This document shows positions 8,605-17,556 of a DNA stretch of 64,000 bases, one piece after another. Where the stretch lies: positions 3,806 to 67,805 of the forward strand of contig CAZCXA010000001.1 in assembly GCA_964502565.1 (NCBI GenBank), written 5' to 3'. The stretch comes from an uncultured Pseudomonadales bacterium (GTDB lineage Bacteria > Patescibacteriota > Microgenomatia > UBA1400 > PJMF01). The position numbers and the translations under genes are program-made. The notes below the pieces were generated by a model. That model did no database searches and was not told the origin of the DNA. It worked only from the letters and a program-made list of their open reading frames with translations. Position 1 is the first letter of the stretch; every line of letters begins with the position of its first letter.

Positions 8605-10887
8605 CTATTCTTTAATTTTAATCGAGATGCGATTAGAGTCATTGGGTAAAAACTTAAAAAATCGTCCAGAAAAAGAAGGTGAGTGGGAAAATGTGACTTG
8701 ATCAATGGTTTCTTCTTCTCTTAAGAGTGAGCTAGCTTGATCAAAGGAAACGCCGATCAACCTTGCTTGAAAATCTTGCTCAGCTAGCTCGGCTCGACAT
8801 TTTCCTGAAATCTCAACCTCTAGCCGAGTTTGAGAGGCGTCTTCTTCATCATCTATAATCCTTGAAATAACATTTAGGCTGTCATCGATAAAAAGATAGT
8901 TTTCTGGGATATCATTTTCTAAAACCTTTTTAGCTAAAGTTAGTAAATCTCTTGTGGTGTAACTTAAACCCTCTACAGCCAAAGTTAAGGATAAAGAAAC
9001 ATTTTCAAGTTCCTCACCAACCTCGTCGCTATATTTTTGCTCAACAATTTTATAATTTTCAGTGGGCACAATATAAATATCCTGACTGAAATTATCTTCT
9101 AACTTTTCTCGAGCTTGTTTTAGTAATCTTTGTTTTAAGTTAGCTAATAGCTCTTTGTGGTCAGCATCGGCCACAACCCTTATTTCTCGACTTGAGCCTC
9201 CAGTAAAATCACTTTCTGTTCGAGCAGAGTAGGTGTTATCACTAAAATCAGCAATTTTTAAATCTGTTTTTTGGCTTATGTTGCCTTCCACCCCAATTTC
9301 TCGAGCAGTCACCTTGGCACTCTTTTTGCCAAACTCCTTCATCTCTGCCTCACCACCTTTGGCTTCTTCGATAGAAGCAGCAGGTACTGTAATCTCCTCG
9401 TCTAACTCAAACTCGAGATCCTCGGTTTTTAAGATCGTGTTTTTAGCAAATGTTTTTTCTTCACTCGTCTTGTTAAAAATAACCACCAAACCTTTAGCTT
9501 TTTCTCCGACTGGCTTTACTCCGGTTGTTTGAATAGTATCTTTATCTGAAACCTCCTCTGTGATAACTTCTGCTTTAAGCAGACTGTTAACTGGGTCTGA
9601 TTGCGCAACTGAAGAACTCAAACTAATCACAGAGTTTTTACTTAAATTTTTTGTTTGAGGAGCAATCTGGACCTCAACCTGATAGTTCATTTTAAGCAAA
9701 AAGTAAAATACTAACACTGAGATGACTAAGCCTAAAACAACACTGAGAATTATAACTGGCTTGAGAGCTAATTTTTTCTTCTTATTTTTTTTACCAGCAG
9801 TGTCAATCTCAACAAAACTCGAACCTTGTTTTTCATCAGGTTTTTCAAGTTCAACAGGCCTGAAGTTGTTAACCTCTTCGTCTTGAGCTGTTTTCAATAA
9901 CGATTGAGTCGTTGCTTCGGTTTTACGCGCAAAGTCTGGTTGCTCAAGCTCAGGTTGTTCAGTTGGCACTCTTGGGCTAGTTTGTGCGCTGTTGATCGAG
10001 TCTGAGCTTAAAGCATCTGCCAGTTCTTGTGAATCAACTGGTTGACTCATCTGGGAAAACTGCACTGCTGACACTAAACCAGCCGATCCAGCTTGAACCG
10101 AATCAATCTCTGCATCATGAGGAATTAAACCTTTTTGTTTAGCAACTACCTCCCCATAATATTTAGTCACGATGTCCAAAAGCTGGTCTGAAGTGATAAT
10201 CTCAATAATAGGTTTCTGCACAAAGTTAAAATCTTGTGTCCAGTTTAATGAAAACAGCTGTTGCTGATAAAGTATTAACTTTTCAGGATCAATCACGGCT
10301 GAAAGCAAGATAATGTTAGGTGGAAGCTTGATGCCATTGGTTGCAAAGTTCTGCTCCAAGCGAGCTAAAGCTTCCTGAAGATCAGATACGATATCCTCAG
10401 ATCGCCCCACTGATAAAGAACCAGCCACTTTGCCTTGGCGTACAATCATTAAATCTAAGGATTGAGCGCCAATATATAAAACAATTGAAGAGAGAAAGCT
10501 GTTATTCTTAAGCAAGTGCTGAAGTGCGGCCTCGGTGGTTGACACAAACCCAAGTGGTTTTAAAGATAGCGACTCGGTAAGATTCTTAAGGTCTTTTTCA
10601 TGCTCTGCTGAAATCTTGTTGTTCTTGATCCAACTCGGCTCAAAGGCAAACAATATTTCGTCAGTTTCTTCTGATCTATCACCTAAATCCTGCAAACTTT
10701 CATCCATTTGTACGAGCTGTTCTTCAGTACTATTGTAATATCTTACTTTTGATTTACTTAAGAGAATAATTTTTTGTTCAAAAACTTGCCACAGACTAGA
10801 ATGAATCGATTGATCGGTTATTAAAGAAAGAATAAACAGGTTCTTTTTATCTGGTTTTTTTTTGGAGAAAAGATTTGGCAGGCCCAT
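8605..10887 (-). CDS. Single-pass membrane protein: N-terminal actin/FtsA-like region, disordered linker, TM, extracellular baseplate-J-like domain
   Basis: TM at ~aa 377-398 after KKNKKKK. C-terminal GEKAKGLVVIFN..FAKNTIL..FELDEEITVPAA..VTAREIGVEGNI..FTGGSS pattern resembles baseplate J/gp47-like proteins. Confidence 0.6.
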   Translation of the reverse strand: MGLPNLFSKKKPDKKNLFILSLITDQSIHSSLWQVFEQKIILLSKSKVRYYNSTEEQLVQMDESLQDLGDRSEETDEILFAFEPSWIKNNKISAEHEKDLKNLTESLSLKPLGFVSTTEAALQHLLKNNSFLSSIVLYIGAQSLDLMIVRQGKVAGSLSVGRSEDIVSDLQEALARLEQNFATNGIKLPPNIILLSAVIDPEKLILYQQQLFSLNWTQDFNFVQKPIIEIITSDQLLDIVTKYYGEVVAKQKGLIPHDAEIDSVQAGSAGLVSAVQFSQMSQPVDSQELADALSSDSINSAQTSPRVPTEQPELEQPDFARKTEATTQSLLKTAQDEEVNNFRPVELEKPDEKQGSSFVEIDTAGKKNKKKKLALKPVIILSVVLGLVISVLVFYFLLKMNYQVEVQIAPQTKNLSKNSVISLSSSVAQSDPVNSLLKAEVITEEVSDKDTIQTTGVKPVGEKAKGLVVIFNKTSEEKTFAKNTILKTEDLEFELDEEITVPAASIEEAKGGEAEMKEFGKKSAKVTAREIGVEGNISQKTDLKIADFSDNTYSARTESDFTGGSSREIRVVADADHKELLANLKQRLLKQAREKLEDNFSQDIYIVPTENYKIVEQKYSDEVGEELENVSLSLTLAVEGLSYTTRDLLTLAKKVLENDIPENYLFIDDSLNVISRIIDDEEDASQTRLEVEISGKCRAELAEQDFQARLIGVSFDQASSLLREEETIDQVTFSHSPSFSGRFFKFLPNDSNRISIKIKE

Positions 10888-10963
10888 ATTGATAATTATA
10901 CAATAGATTTATTACTTAGTGAAAAATTGAGTAGAGTTTTACCACACTAGGCTTAAAACCACT

Positions 10964-11014
10964 GGTGCCTTAAAAATATTGTTGTCTTAAAAATATTGGT
11001 GCCTTAAAAATATT
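10964..11014. repeat. 3 x 17-bp tandem repeat
   Basis: ggtgccttaaaaatatt / gttgtcttaaaaatatt / ggtgccttaaaaatatt. Confidence 0.85.
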
Positions 11015-11107
11015 GACAGTGAGTTCTTAAAAAATTATTCCAAGTTACTCCTGGAACACCTGTTTTCTGGTGCTGGAGCGCGCTCTTGCGAGTTTTGAGG
11101 TCTGAGT

Positions 11108-12979
11108 TTAACTGCTAAATCTTGCGTAAACCCTTCTCACTCCAGAACCAATTGATTTTTCTTTAAAAATCTCGATCTTATGGATCTTGCCGGTTGAGCT
11201 AACATGAGGACCCCCGCATAACTCTTTTGAGATAGGCTTATCTTGACCAATCTCATACACATCTACTTGGTCAGGATAGCGTTCAACAAAAAACGCCAAA
11301 GCTCCGGATTGTAATGCGTCTTGTTTTAGCATCTGTTTTTTTTGAACAGGCAAATCTAGCGCGATCCATTGATTAACTAAGTCTTGAACCTGCTGAACCT
11401 CTTGTTTGGTTAAGGCAGAGCTGTGAGAAAAATCAAATCTCAAACAATCCTGAGTAATTTGCGATCCTTTTTGCTGGACATGGTCACCCAACACCTGCCT
11501 TAAAGCAGTGTGTAATAAGTGAGTGGCAGTGTGATAAGCCGTGGTAGTATCAGAGTTGTCAGCTAAGCCACCCTGAAACTTTTGCGAGGCGCCAGTTTTT
11601 GACAACTTGCTATGCTTGGCTTGAGCTGTAACAAACTCCTGTCGCAAATTTTCCTCAAGAGTAATATTGTTTTGCTGAGCTTCTTCAATGGTTAGCTCAA
11701 ACGGAAAGCCATAGGTTTGGTACAAATCATACGCCATCTCGCCGGTTAAAACTTTATTATCAGCAAAAATCTTGTTAAGTCTTTTTAATCCTTTGCCAAG
11801 TGTTTTTTTAAATTTTTCAACTTCTTGATGAATTAAGGTTTCAATAGCCAACTGATCTTGCTTTAATAAAACATTGGCTTGGGTATAAATCTCGGCCACC
11901 ACAGGCACTAAAGATAATAAGAACTCAGAATCTTCAAAAAGATGCTGACTGTATCTAACGGCTCGTCTAATTAAACGCCTCACTAAGTAGCCCTGATCCT
12001 TGTTACTAGGTTTAACCCCATCATTAATTAACCAAACAGCTGCCTTGATGTGATCAGCAATGATGCGAAAGTTTGCTGGGCTATTGGCATATTCTTGATT
12101 TGTTTCTTGTTCAATTTTTCGAATAATTGGTAGAAATAAATCGGTTTGAAACACATCAGGCTGATGATGACTGGCAGCTAAAATCCTTTCCAAACCTCCT
12201 CCAAAATCAATATTTTTCTGAGGCAGGTCCTTAAACCCGGTTGCTGTTTTTTGATACTGCATAAAAACGCTGTTACCGATCTCTAAAAATCTGCCACAGT
12301 CACAGTTAACATGGCAAGGTTGATCAGCAAACTTGGAGTTTTCATGAAACTTAAACTCGGCTCCAAAATCATAAAACACCTCGCTGTCAGGACCACCGGG
12401 TTCACCAACCGGCATCTCATCAGGATCGCCACTGCGAGACCACCAGTTTTTATCAGCCGAGTAGTAAAAAATGCGATTGTCATTTAAACCTTCTTGGTAG
12501 GGATTTTTTCCAACCCCGGCGGTGACACCTTTACTAGCAAACAACTCCTGCCAAATCTTTACCGACTCCTCATCTGCATCAACTTGATATTTATCACTAC
12601 CAGCAAAAACAGTCACACACAACCTTTCAACAGGCAAACCAACTTCCTCAACTAGAAACTTGAAAAACCAAGTTAACTGCTCTGTTTTAAAATAATCACC
12701 AAATGACCAGTTGCCCAACATCTCAAAAAAAGTAGTGTGGCGATTGTCACCCACTTCTTCAATATCAAGCGCTCGAAAACAACGCTGAGAGTTAACAACT
12801 CTTTTTCCCTGAGGATGATCTGCTCCTAGCAGATATGGCATCATCGGTTGCATGCCTGCGGTGGTAAAAAGGGTACTGGGATCATTTTCAGGCACCAACA
12901 AAGATGAAGGCACAACAACATGGTCAAGGTTTTTAAAATAAGTTAGGTATTTTTGTCGAAGCTGATTTGAGCTGAGCAC
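11108..12979 (-). CDS. alaS: Alanine--tRNA ligase, C-terminally truncated (no C-Ala domain)
   Basis: DPSTLFTTAGMQP, HTTFFEMLGNWSFGDYFK, editing motifs HTATHLL and ELCGGPH. Ends right after SIGSGVRRV (623 aa). Confidence 0.97.
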   Translation of the reverse strand: MLSSNQLRQKYLTYFKNLDHVVVPSSLLVPENDPSTLFTTAGMQPMMPYLLGADHPQGKRVVNSQRCFRALDIEEVGDNRHTTFFEMLGNWSFGDYFKTEQLTWFFKFLVEEVGLPVERLCVTVFAGSDKYQVDADEESVKIWQELFASKGVTAGVGKNPYQEGLNDNRIFYYSADKNWWSRSGDPDEMPVGEPGGPDSEVFYDFGAEFKFHENSKFADQPCHVNCDCGRFLEIGNSVFMQYQKTATGFKDLPQKNIDFGGGLERILAASHHQPDVFQTDLFLPIIRKIEQETNQEYANSPANFRIIADHIKAAVWLINDGVKPSNKDQGYLVRRLIRRAVRYSQHLFEDSEFLLSLVPVVAEIYTQANVLLKQDQLAIETLIHQEVEKFKKTLGKGLKRLNKIFADNKVLTGEMAYDLYQTYGFPFELTIEEAQQNNITLEENLRQEFVTAQAKHSKLSKTGASQKFQGGLADNSDTTTAYHTATHLLHTALRQVLGDHVQQKGSQITQDCLRFDFSHSSALTKQEVQQVQDLVNQWIALDLPVQKKQMLKQDALQSGALAFFVERYPDQVDVYEIGQDKPISKELCGGPHVSSTGKIHKIEIFKEKSIGSGVRRVYARFSS

Positions 12980-12988
12980 GATAAAAAA

Positions 12989-13522
12989 TTATTTAATTAT
13001 AGAACTTACTGCTAGGTAAGATGACCGAGTTTTTTTATAAAAAAAATTTTTCATTAAAACTTGCGCGCCTATAGCCAATCCACCAAAAAAAACATCTCCA
13101 AGTAAGGTGTTGCGATAAAAAGGCAAGGCTACGAAATAACAACTCAATAATCCAGCTAAAGTTCGTGGATACCAAAAAAACCAAACTCCAAGATTAGAAA
13201 GCATAAAAAAACAAAAACTGGCCAGCGGTAAAAATAACACCTGTTTTTTAACCTGACCTTTTGCCAAACGACCCCAAAAATAATAACTGGCAAAACCTAG
13301 ATAAGTAAAGATAAAGCCTGGGTAAAAACCAGAGAAAAACTTGTCAAAAACGATAATTTGACCAAAAAAAAGTAAAATGTTTGATTGAAAAAACCCAAAA
13401 CTGCCTACCGGACTAAAGTTTGGTAAAACCTTTAAAAAACGAGTCAAAAAAACAATAACAGTTAAACCGAGTTTTTTTAAATAAGGATGCCGATTATTGT
13501 GAGGGGATGAAAAGTTATGCAT
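12989..13522 (-). CDS. DUF6580-like integral membrane protein (ECF S-component-like putative transporter)
   Basis: PNFSPVG, FFMLSNLGVW, YPRTLAGLLSCYFVALPFYRNTLLGD signature; multiple TMs. Confidence 0.75.
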   Translation of the reverse strand: MHNFSSPHNNRHPYLKKLGLTVIVFLTRFLKVLPNFSPVGSFGFFQSNILLFFGQIIVFDKFFSGFYPGFIFTYLGFASYYFWGRLAKGQVKKQVLFLPLASFCFFMLSNLGVWFFWYPRTLAGLLSCYFVALPFYRNTLLGDVFFGGLAIGAQVLMKNFFYKKTRSSYLAVSSIIK

Positions 13523-13539
13523 AATCTACAGATAAATCT

Positions 13540-14010
13540 TTATTCGTTAAAACTAGCCTGAACTTGTTCCCAGCGCCACTCAACCTTATCGCCAATTTTT
13601 AACTCGATTTTATCTGATGCAACTTGAGCATATTCGTCATTTACATACAAAGCCCAGTAGTAATCAGCGCTCGATTGTTGTTGATTGATAGCCGTTACAA
13701 ACACTCCAAAATCATGCTGGTCATACTCAACCTCAGCATTGCTTGTTAGCAGTGAAAACGGAGTTTGACCAGCCTTATCAGCTGTAAACTCATAATGTTC
13801 AATGACACTATTATTTGAAGTAGATAATTGAAAAGGATTTGTTTGACGGATCTCTCCGATCGTACCAAATAAACTTGCAAAGTCTTTTTTAAGATCACTG
13901 TGTTGGTTATAGCTGTAAAACAAAAAACCGAACGCAACTATACCAATGACAATGATTATTGGAAATAACTTCTGAGATCTTGATGGTTCTTCTTGGATTG
14001 TTTCTGGCAT
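13540..14010 (-). CDS. Membrane-anchored DUF4430 (transcobalamin C-terminal-like) protein
   Basis: N-terminal TM; FGVFVTAIN..YYWALYVNDEYAQVASDKIELKIGDKVEWRW. Confidence 0.85.
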   Translation of the reverse strand: MPETIQEEPSRSQKLFPIIIVIGIVAFGFLFYSYNQHSDLKKDFASLFGTIGEIRQTNPFQLSTSNNSVIEHYEFTADKAGQTPFSLLTSNAEVEYDQHDFGVFVTAINQQQSSADYYWALYVNDEYAQVASDKIELKIGDKVEWRWEQVQASFNE

Positions 14011-14112
14011 TTAAAAGAAAAAAAATAAAAAAATAAAAGTGAATGTTAAAGTAAAAATAACTGACCGCTGGTTTGCTGTTAGTTGGTTTGCTGTAAAATA
14101 TCTTTTTTACAG

Positions 14113-14448
14113 CTATATCCCTTTAAATTTCTTTAGATCTTGATTCTTAACTCCTTTTTGACGTCGACCGCCCTCCTGAATAAGACTGGTTTTTTTATGA
14201 CCGATTTTTTTAACCGAGTCAAAGCCCAACAAAACATTAATCAAATCTTTTAAAGCAAGATCGCCTATCTTAAACTCAGCAAGAGATGGTATCTCGGTTT
14301 CCACATCTTGCCATTTTTCTTTAAAGTTTTCTTTTAACTGCTGACCTTTATCAGTATTAAATAAAAAATAACTGGTTGAGCCTAATAAAAAGCCTACGAC
14401 TAAACCGATAGCAAATTGATTTTTCTTCTCTTGATCCGTGTTTGTCAT
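14113..14448 (-). CDS. YtxH-like protein
   Basis: FAIGLVVGFLLGSTSYFLFNTDKGQQLKE. Start moved to the ATG at 14448 to avoid overlap with the upstream gene. Confidence 0.65.
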   Translation of the reverse strand: MTNTDQEKKNQFAIGLVVGFLLGSTSYFLFNTDKGQQLKENFKEKWQDVETEIPSLAEFKIGDLALKDLINVLLGFDSVKKIGHKKTSLIQEGGRRQKGVKNQDLKKFKGI

Positions 14449-14452
14449 AAGA

Positions 14453-14731
14453 TTATTGAGGGTCGTCATCTTTCTTCTTATTAAGAAAACCAATAAAACC
14501 TTCAAAGACTTTAACTCCTGTTTTTACTCCAGTAGCGATGCCTGCTAAATTTTTTAAAGGCTCGGTTAAAGCTTTAATCTTTTCTTCTGTTTCATCAAAA
14601 ACAGAGTTAATCTTTTCTAAAGCTTGACGAAAAGATCTCAACACCAAGATTAGGTGTACTCCCACAGCAACCAAGGTAGCGGTTAAAATAACCAGGACAA
14701 TAGCAAATAAAACTGGTAAAAATTCTGTCAT
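14453..14731 (-). CDS. DUF948/YtxG-like small membrane coiled-coil protein
   Basis: N-terminal TM followed by coiled coil; pairing with a YtxH-like gene is the usual arrangement. Confidence 0.6.
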   Translation of the reverse strand: MTEFLPVLFAIVLVILTATLVAVGVHLILVLRSFRQALEKINSVFDETEEKIKALTEPLKNLAGIATGVKTGVKVFEGFIGFLNKKKDDDPQ

Positions 14732-14981
14732 AAAAGATTAATAATTAATATATCGAGATTTGTCTCAAGATAACTCTATTACAGCAACTTTAATAATAGC
14801 ATCAGAAACAAAAAACTCAAAAGTTAAAAATAAAACAGCACTCCTTAATACAGGGTTATAAATAGTTTTCTTTAATAACTAAAATCAACAGCCTAGCCTG
14901 AAAAAAAATAACTCAAATGTGCAAGGTTGCTGTCTATTTTAACCCTCTAAAGCATGCTTTTTAACCTTTAAATCTTAACCT

Positions 14982-15626
14982 TTAAAACCTGACATAAACC
15001 GTAATCTGCTTCAAGTTAGTTTTACCTCTTTGATCAATCGCTTCAACCGTTAAGGTTGTAACTCCTTCCTTGGGCAAGTAAACCTCGGTACGAAAGGTGC
15101 CATCTGGGTTAAGTGCGACCGGTTGTGCGTTCACGCTGACCATTGACTCAACATCTGTTTGTCCGGTCACCACAATTTGCGATGAAACAAACTCGTTGTC
15201 ACTGGGGGAATAGATCTCCAACCTTGGGGGTTTATTTAAGTTATGCCATTGCCAAGCTACATAACCCAATAAAGAAAAAAAGATCGTGGCGACCACCACC
15301 CCAACCAAGGTCACGGAATGCCATAAACGCTGTTTTCTAACCACTGGGCTGATAAAATCTCGTGACTGAAGTTGACCCTGGTTATCCTCCTGAAAATCTC
15401 GTCTTAGCAAGGAAAGTAAAGACTTGTTATCTAACTCTAGAACACGAGCATAAGCCTTAATATATCCTTTGACAAAAGTACTTGGAGGTAGTTGGTCAAA
15501 CTGATTGTTTTCTAAATATTGCAAAAACTCCTTCTTAATCTTGGTTAATTGAGACATGCGTGCTAAAGTGATGCTTTGCCTCTGCCGTTCCTCAGCTAGA
15601 ATTTGACCAACTTTTTTAGTTTGCAT
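14982..15626 (-). CDS. RodZ-like HTH membrane protein with C-terminal Ig-like domain
   Basis: VGQILAEERQ..LENNQFDQLPPSTFVKGYIKAYARVL, one TM, then PPRLEIYSP..VTGQTD beta domain. Confidence 0.8.
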   Translation of the reverse strand: MQTKKVGQILAEERQRQSITLARMSQLTKIKKEFLQYLENNQFDQLPPSTFVKGYIKAYARVLELDNKSLLSLLRRDFQEDNQGQLQSRDFISPVVRKQRLWHSVTLVGVVVATIFFSLLGYVAWQWHNLNKPPRLEIYSPSDNEFVSSQIVVTGQTDVESMVSVNAQPVALNPDGTFRTEVYLPKEGVTTLTVEAIDQRGKTNLKQITVYVRF

Positions 15627-15653
15627 GAAATATTTTAAATGTTTATCAAACCG

Positions 15654-16091
15654 TTAATGACTGCCCAACATTTCCTGAACTAAACTCGCGATCTTGGATC
15701 CCTCAGCTTGATTGCCAACCTTTTGTTTGACCTTACCGATTAATGGTCCAGCTTGATCAAGCTCGGTTTCTTGTTTAACCTGAGCAATAATACTTTTTAG
15801 TTCATCATCAGATAACTGAGTAGGTAAAAATTCCTGAAGCACCTTAATCTTCTGTTGAGCTTCTGCAACCAAATCCTGACGCTGACCTTTTTCATAATCA
15901 ACCAAGGCGTCTTTCCATTGTTTAATCTGCTGTTGCACCACCTGCTGAACCTGCGTGTCATTAATCTCACCTTGATCAATCTCGATATTTGTAATTCTGG
16001 CTCTTAGCAAACGAACAACATCAAGGCGCAGTTGATCCTTAGCCTTCATGGCTTGTTTCATTTCTACAACAAGACGGTCTTTGAGTGTCAT
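15654..16091 (-). CDS. yqeY: GatB/YqeY domain protein
   Basis: MTLKDRLVVEMKQAMKAKDQLRLDVVRLL..GQRQDL..FLPTQLS. True start is 16091; the longer ORF call overlaps a tRNA. Confidence 0.9.
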   Translation of the reverse strand: MTLKDRLVVEMKQAMKAKDQLRLDVVRLLRARITNIEIDQGEINDTQVQQVVQQQIKQWKDALVDYEKGQRQDLVAEAQQKIKVLQEFLPTQLSDDELKSIIAQVKQETELDQAGPLIGKVKQKVGNQAEGSKIASLVQEMLGSH

Positions 16092-16167
16092 AGGTTTGTC
16101 AAATAATCTGTAAATAATGATTAAGTTGTAATATAAACAGTTTTTATTCTTAAACTGGAACTTAATG

Positions 16168-16241
16168 TGGACCCGAGCTGACTTGAACAGCTGACCTCTC
16201 CGATGTGAACGGAGCGCTCTAACCAACTGAGCTACGGATCC
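16168..16241 (-). tRNA. tRNA-Val(CAC)
   Basis: GGATCCGTAGCTCAGTTGGTTAGAGCGCTCCGTTCACATCGGAGAGGTCAGCTGTTCAAGTCAGCTCGGGTCCA forms a full cloverleaf; CCA not encoded. Confidence 0.95.
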
Positions 16242-16336
16242 TATGATTATAAACCTGTTCTCTTAGAGGTAAGCCATATTATACAACACAATCAAGTTCA
16301 GCTTGATTTCAGAGTTGACAACTAGTTTAGCAACTA

Positions 16337-16984
16337 ATGGGTAACTCTAACTTGACTGAGAAATTCTTAAACTTGATTGTTCCGCCATATTGCGTGTGTT
16401 GTTCTAAAAATGGTCGGTTGTTATGCCATCGGTGTTATCAACTTATTCATTTTAATGCTCAACCTGCCAACAACAATCTTTTTAGCCAAGAATTTCTAGA
16501 TCAGGCCTTAAGCTTGGCTGTTTATCAACCGCCAATCTCTGATTTAATTAAAAGTTTAAAATATCAACACGTTAAAAAGATTGGAGTAGTGCTCGCAGAG
16601 CTACTTTATAACCACTTACAGTTGCCAAAGTGTGATCTAATCACTTGGGCACCGATCTCCAAAAAAAGATTAAATGAGAGAGGTTTTAACCAAGCACAGA
16701 TGATCGGGGAAGGCTTGGGTAGGATTATGAAAACTCCAACCAAAACTGTGCTTAAAAAAGTAAAACATACCTCAAAACAAGCAAAAAGTAGTTTTGCTCA
16801 AAGACTGGCAAATTTACAAGATACTTTTGAGGTTGAGGCAAGCTTTCAGCATTGTCTTAAAAATAAAACCGTGATGATTGTTGATGATGTCCTGAGCACA
16901 GGCAGTACCTTAAACGAGTGTGCCCGGATGCTAAAAATGGCTGGAGTAAAAGTAGTGGTTGGCGTGGCAGTGGCAAGAAGCTAA
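16337..16984 (+). CDS. comF: ComF family double zinc ribbon/phosphoribosyltransferase
   Basis: CVCC..LCHRC, RGFNQA, VMIVDDVLSTGSTL. Confidence 0.93.
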   Translation: MGNSNLTEKFLNLIVPPYCVCCSKNGRLLCHRCYQLIHFNAQPANNNLFSQEFLDQALSLAVYQPPISDLIKSLKYQHVKKIGVVLAELLYNHLQLPKCDLITWAPISKKRLNERGFNQAQMIGEGLGRIMKTPTKTVLKKVKHTSKQAKSSFAQRLANLQDTFEVEASFQHCLKNKTVMIVDDVLSTGSTLNECARMLKMAGVKVVVGVAVARS

Positions 16985-17059
16985 ACCTGATTACAGTGGC
17001 AGTGGCAAGAAGCTAAACCTGATTACAGTGGCAGTGGCAAGAAGCTAAAGCTGATTGCA
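16964..17059. repeat. 3 x 32-bp tandem repeat of the comF 3' end
   Basis: gtggcagtggcaagaagctaaacctgattaca twice exactly, then a third copy with 2 mismatches; no spacers. Confidence 0.95.
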
Positions 17060-17100
17060 GATGAAATTTACAAAGAAAAGACGTATAATACATAAGTTGC

Positions 17101-17496
17101 GGGGATGTATTGCTTTGACGTAACAGCTCTTTAACAACTGCAGACCATCTTTGATCAAAAGATGTTAAACAGGATCAAAAAAACATCTGTCAACAAAATC
17201 GTTAACAGAATAGCACAAGGTGTCCAAAGTTTCTTTGGCACCACTGCTCCTGCTTACGCCTACGCGTAATTAGGCATCTATTAGTTTCTTCTCACTGATG
17301 AGAGCTGATAGGTGAAAACCCAGTCAGTGTGACAACTTACTTGCCTCATATTGCAAGTAAGTCTAAGACAAAAAAATATGGCTGTGAAAAAAAAGTTTGT
17401 TTGTTCACTTTTTTCACTTGCGCAAAAACAAACTATGTCTGTAGTGGTTGTTGACTAGTTAGTTAGCGGACAGGGGTTCATTACCCCTCATCTCCA
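17101..17496 (+). ncRNA. ssrA: tmRNA
   Basis: 5' GGGGATG pairs with 3' CATCTCC-A (G3.U70 Ala identity); T-arm AGGGG-TTCATTA-CCCCT; internal tag frame 17189-17269 VNKIVNRIAQGVQSFFGTTAPAYAYA*. Confidence 0.92.
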
Positions 17497-17556
17497 CAAA
17501 TTATTACTCAGTTTAAGCCTGTTCTTCTTCTGTGTCCTCCGTGTTAAAATTGCATC

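Noticed and set aside
8605-10887. Prophage or contractile injection system
   Set aside because: Single baseplate-like domain in a membrane protein among core genes; no capsid, sheath, tube or terminase genes
14011-14112. Cobalamin riboswitch upstream of DUF4430
   Set aside because: Interval is ~100 nt, A/T-rich, and has no B12-box-like sequence
16092-16226. N-terminal extension of the YqeY ORF
   Set aside because: Overlaps tRNA-Val; homology begins at MTLKDRL
16964-17059. CRISPR array (32-bp repeats)
   Set aside because: Repeats are head-to-tail with no spacers, derive from the comF end, and no cas genes are present
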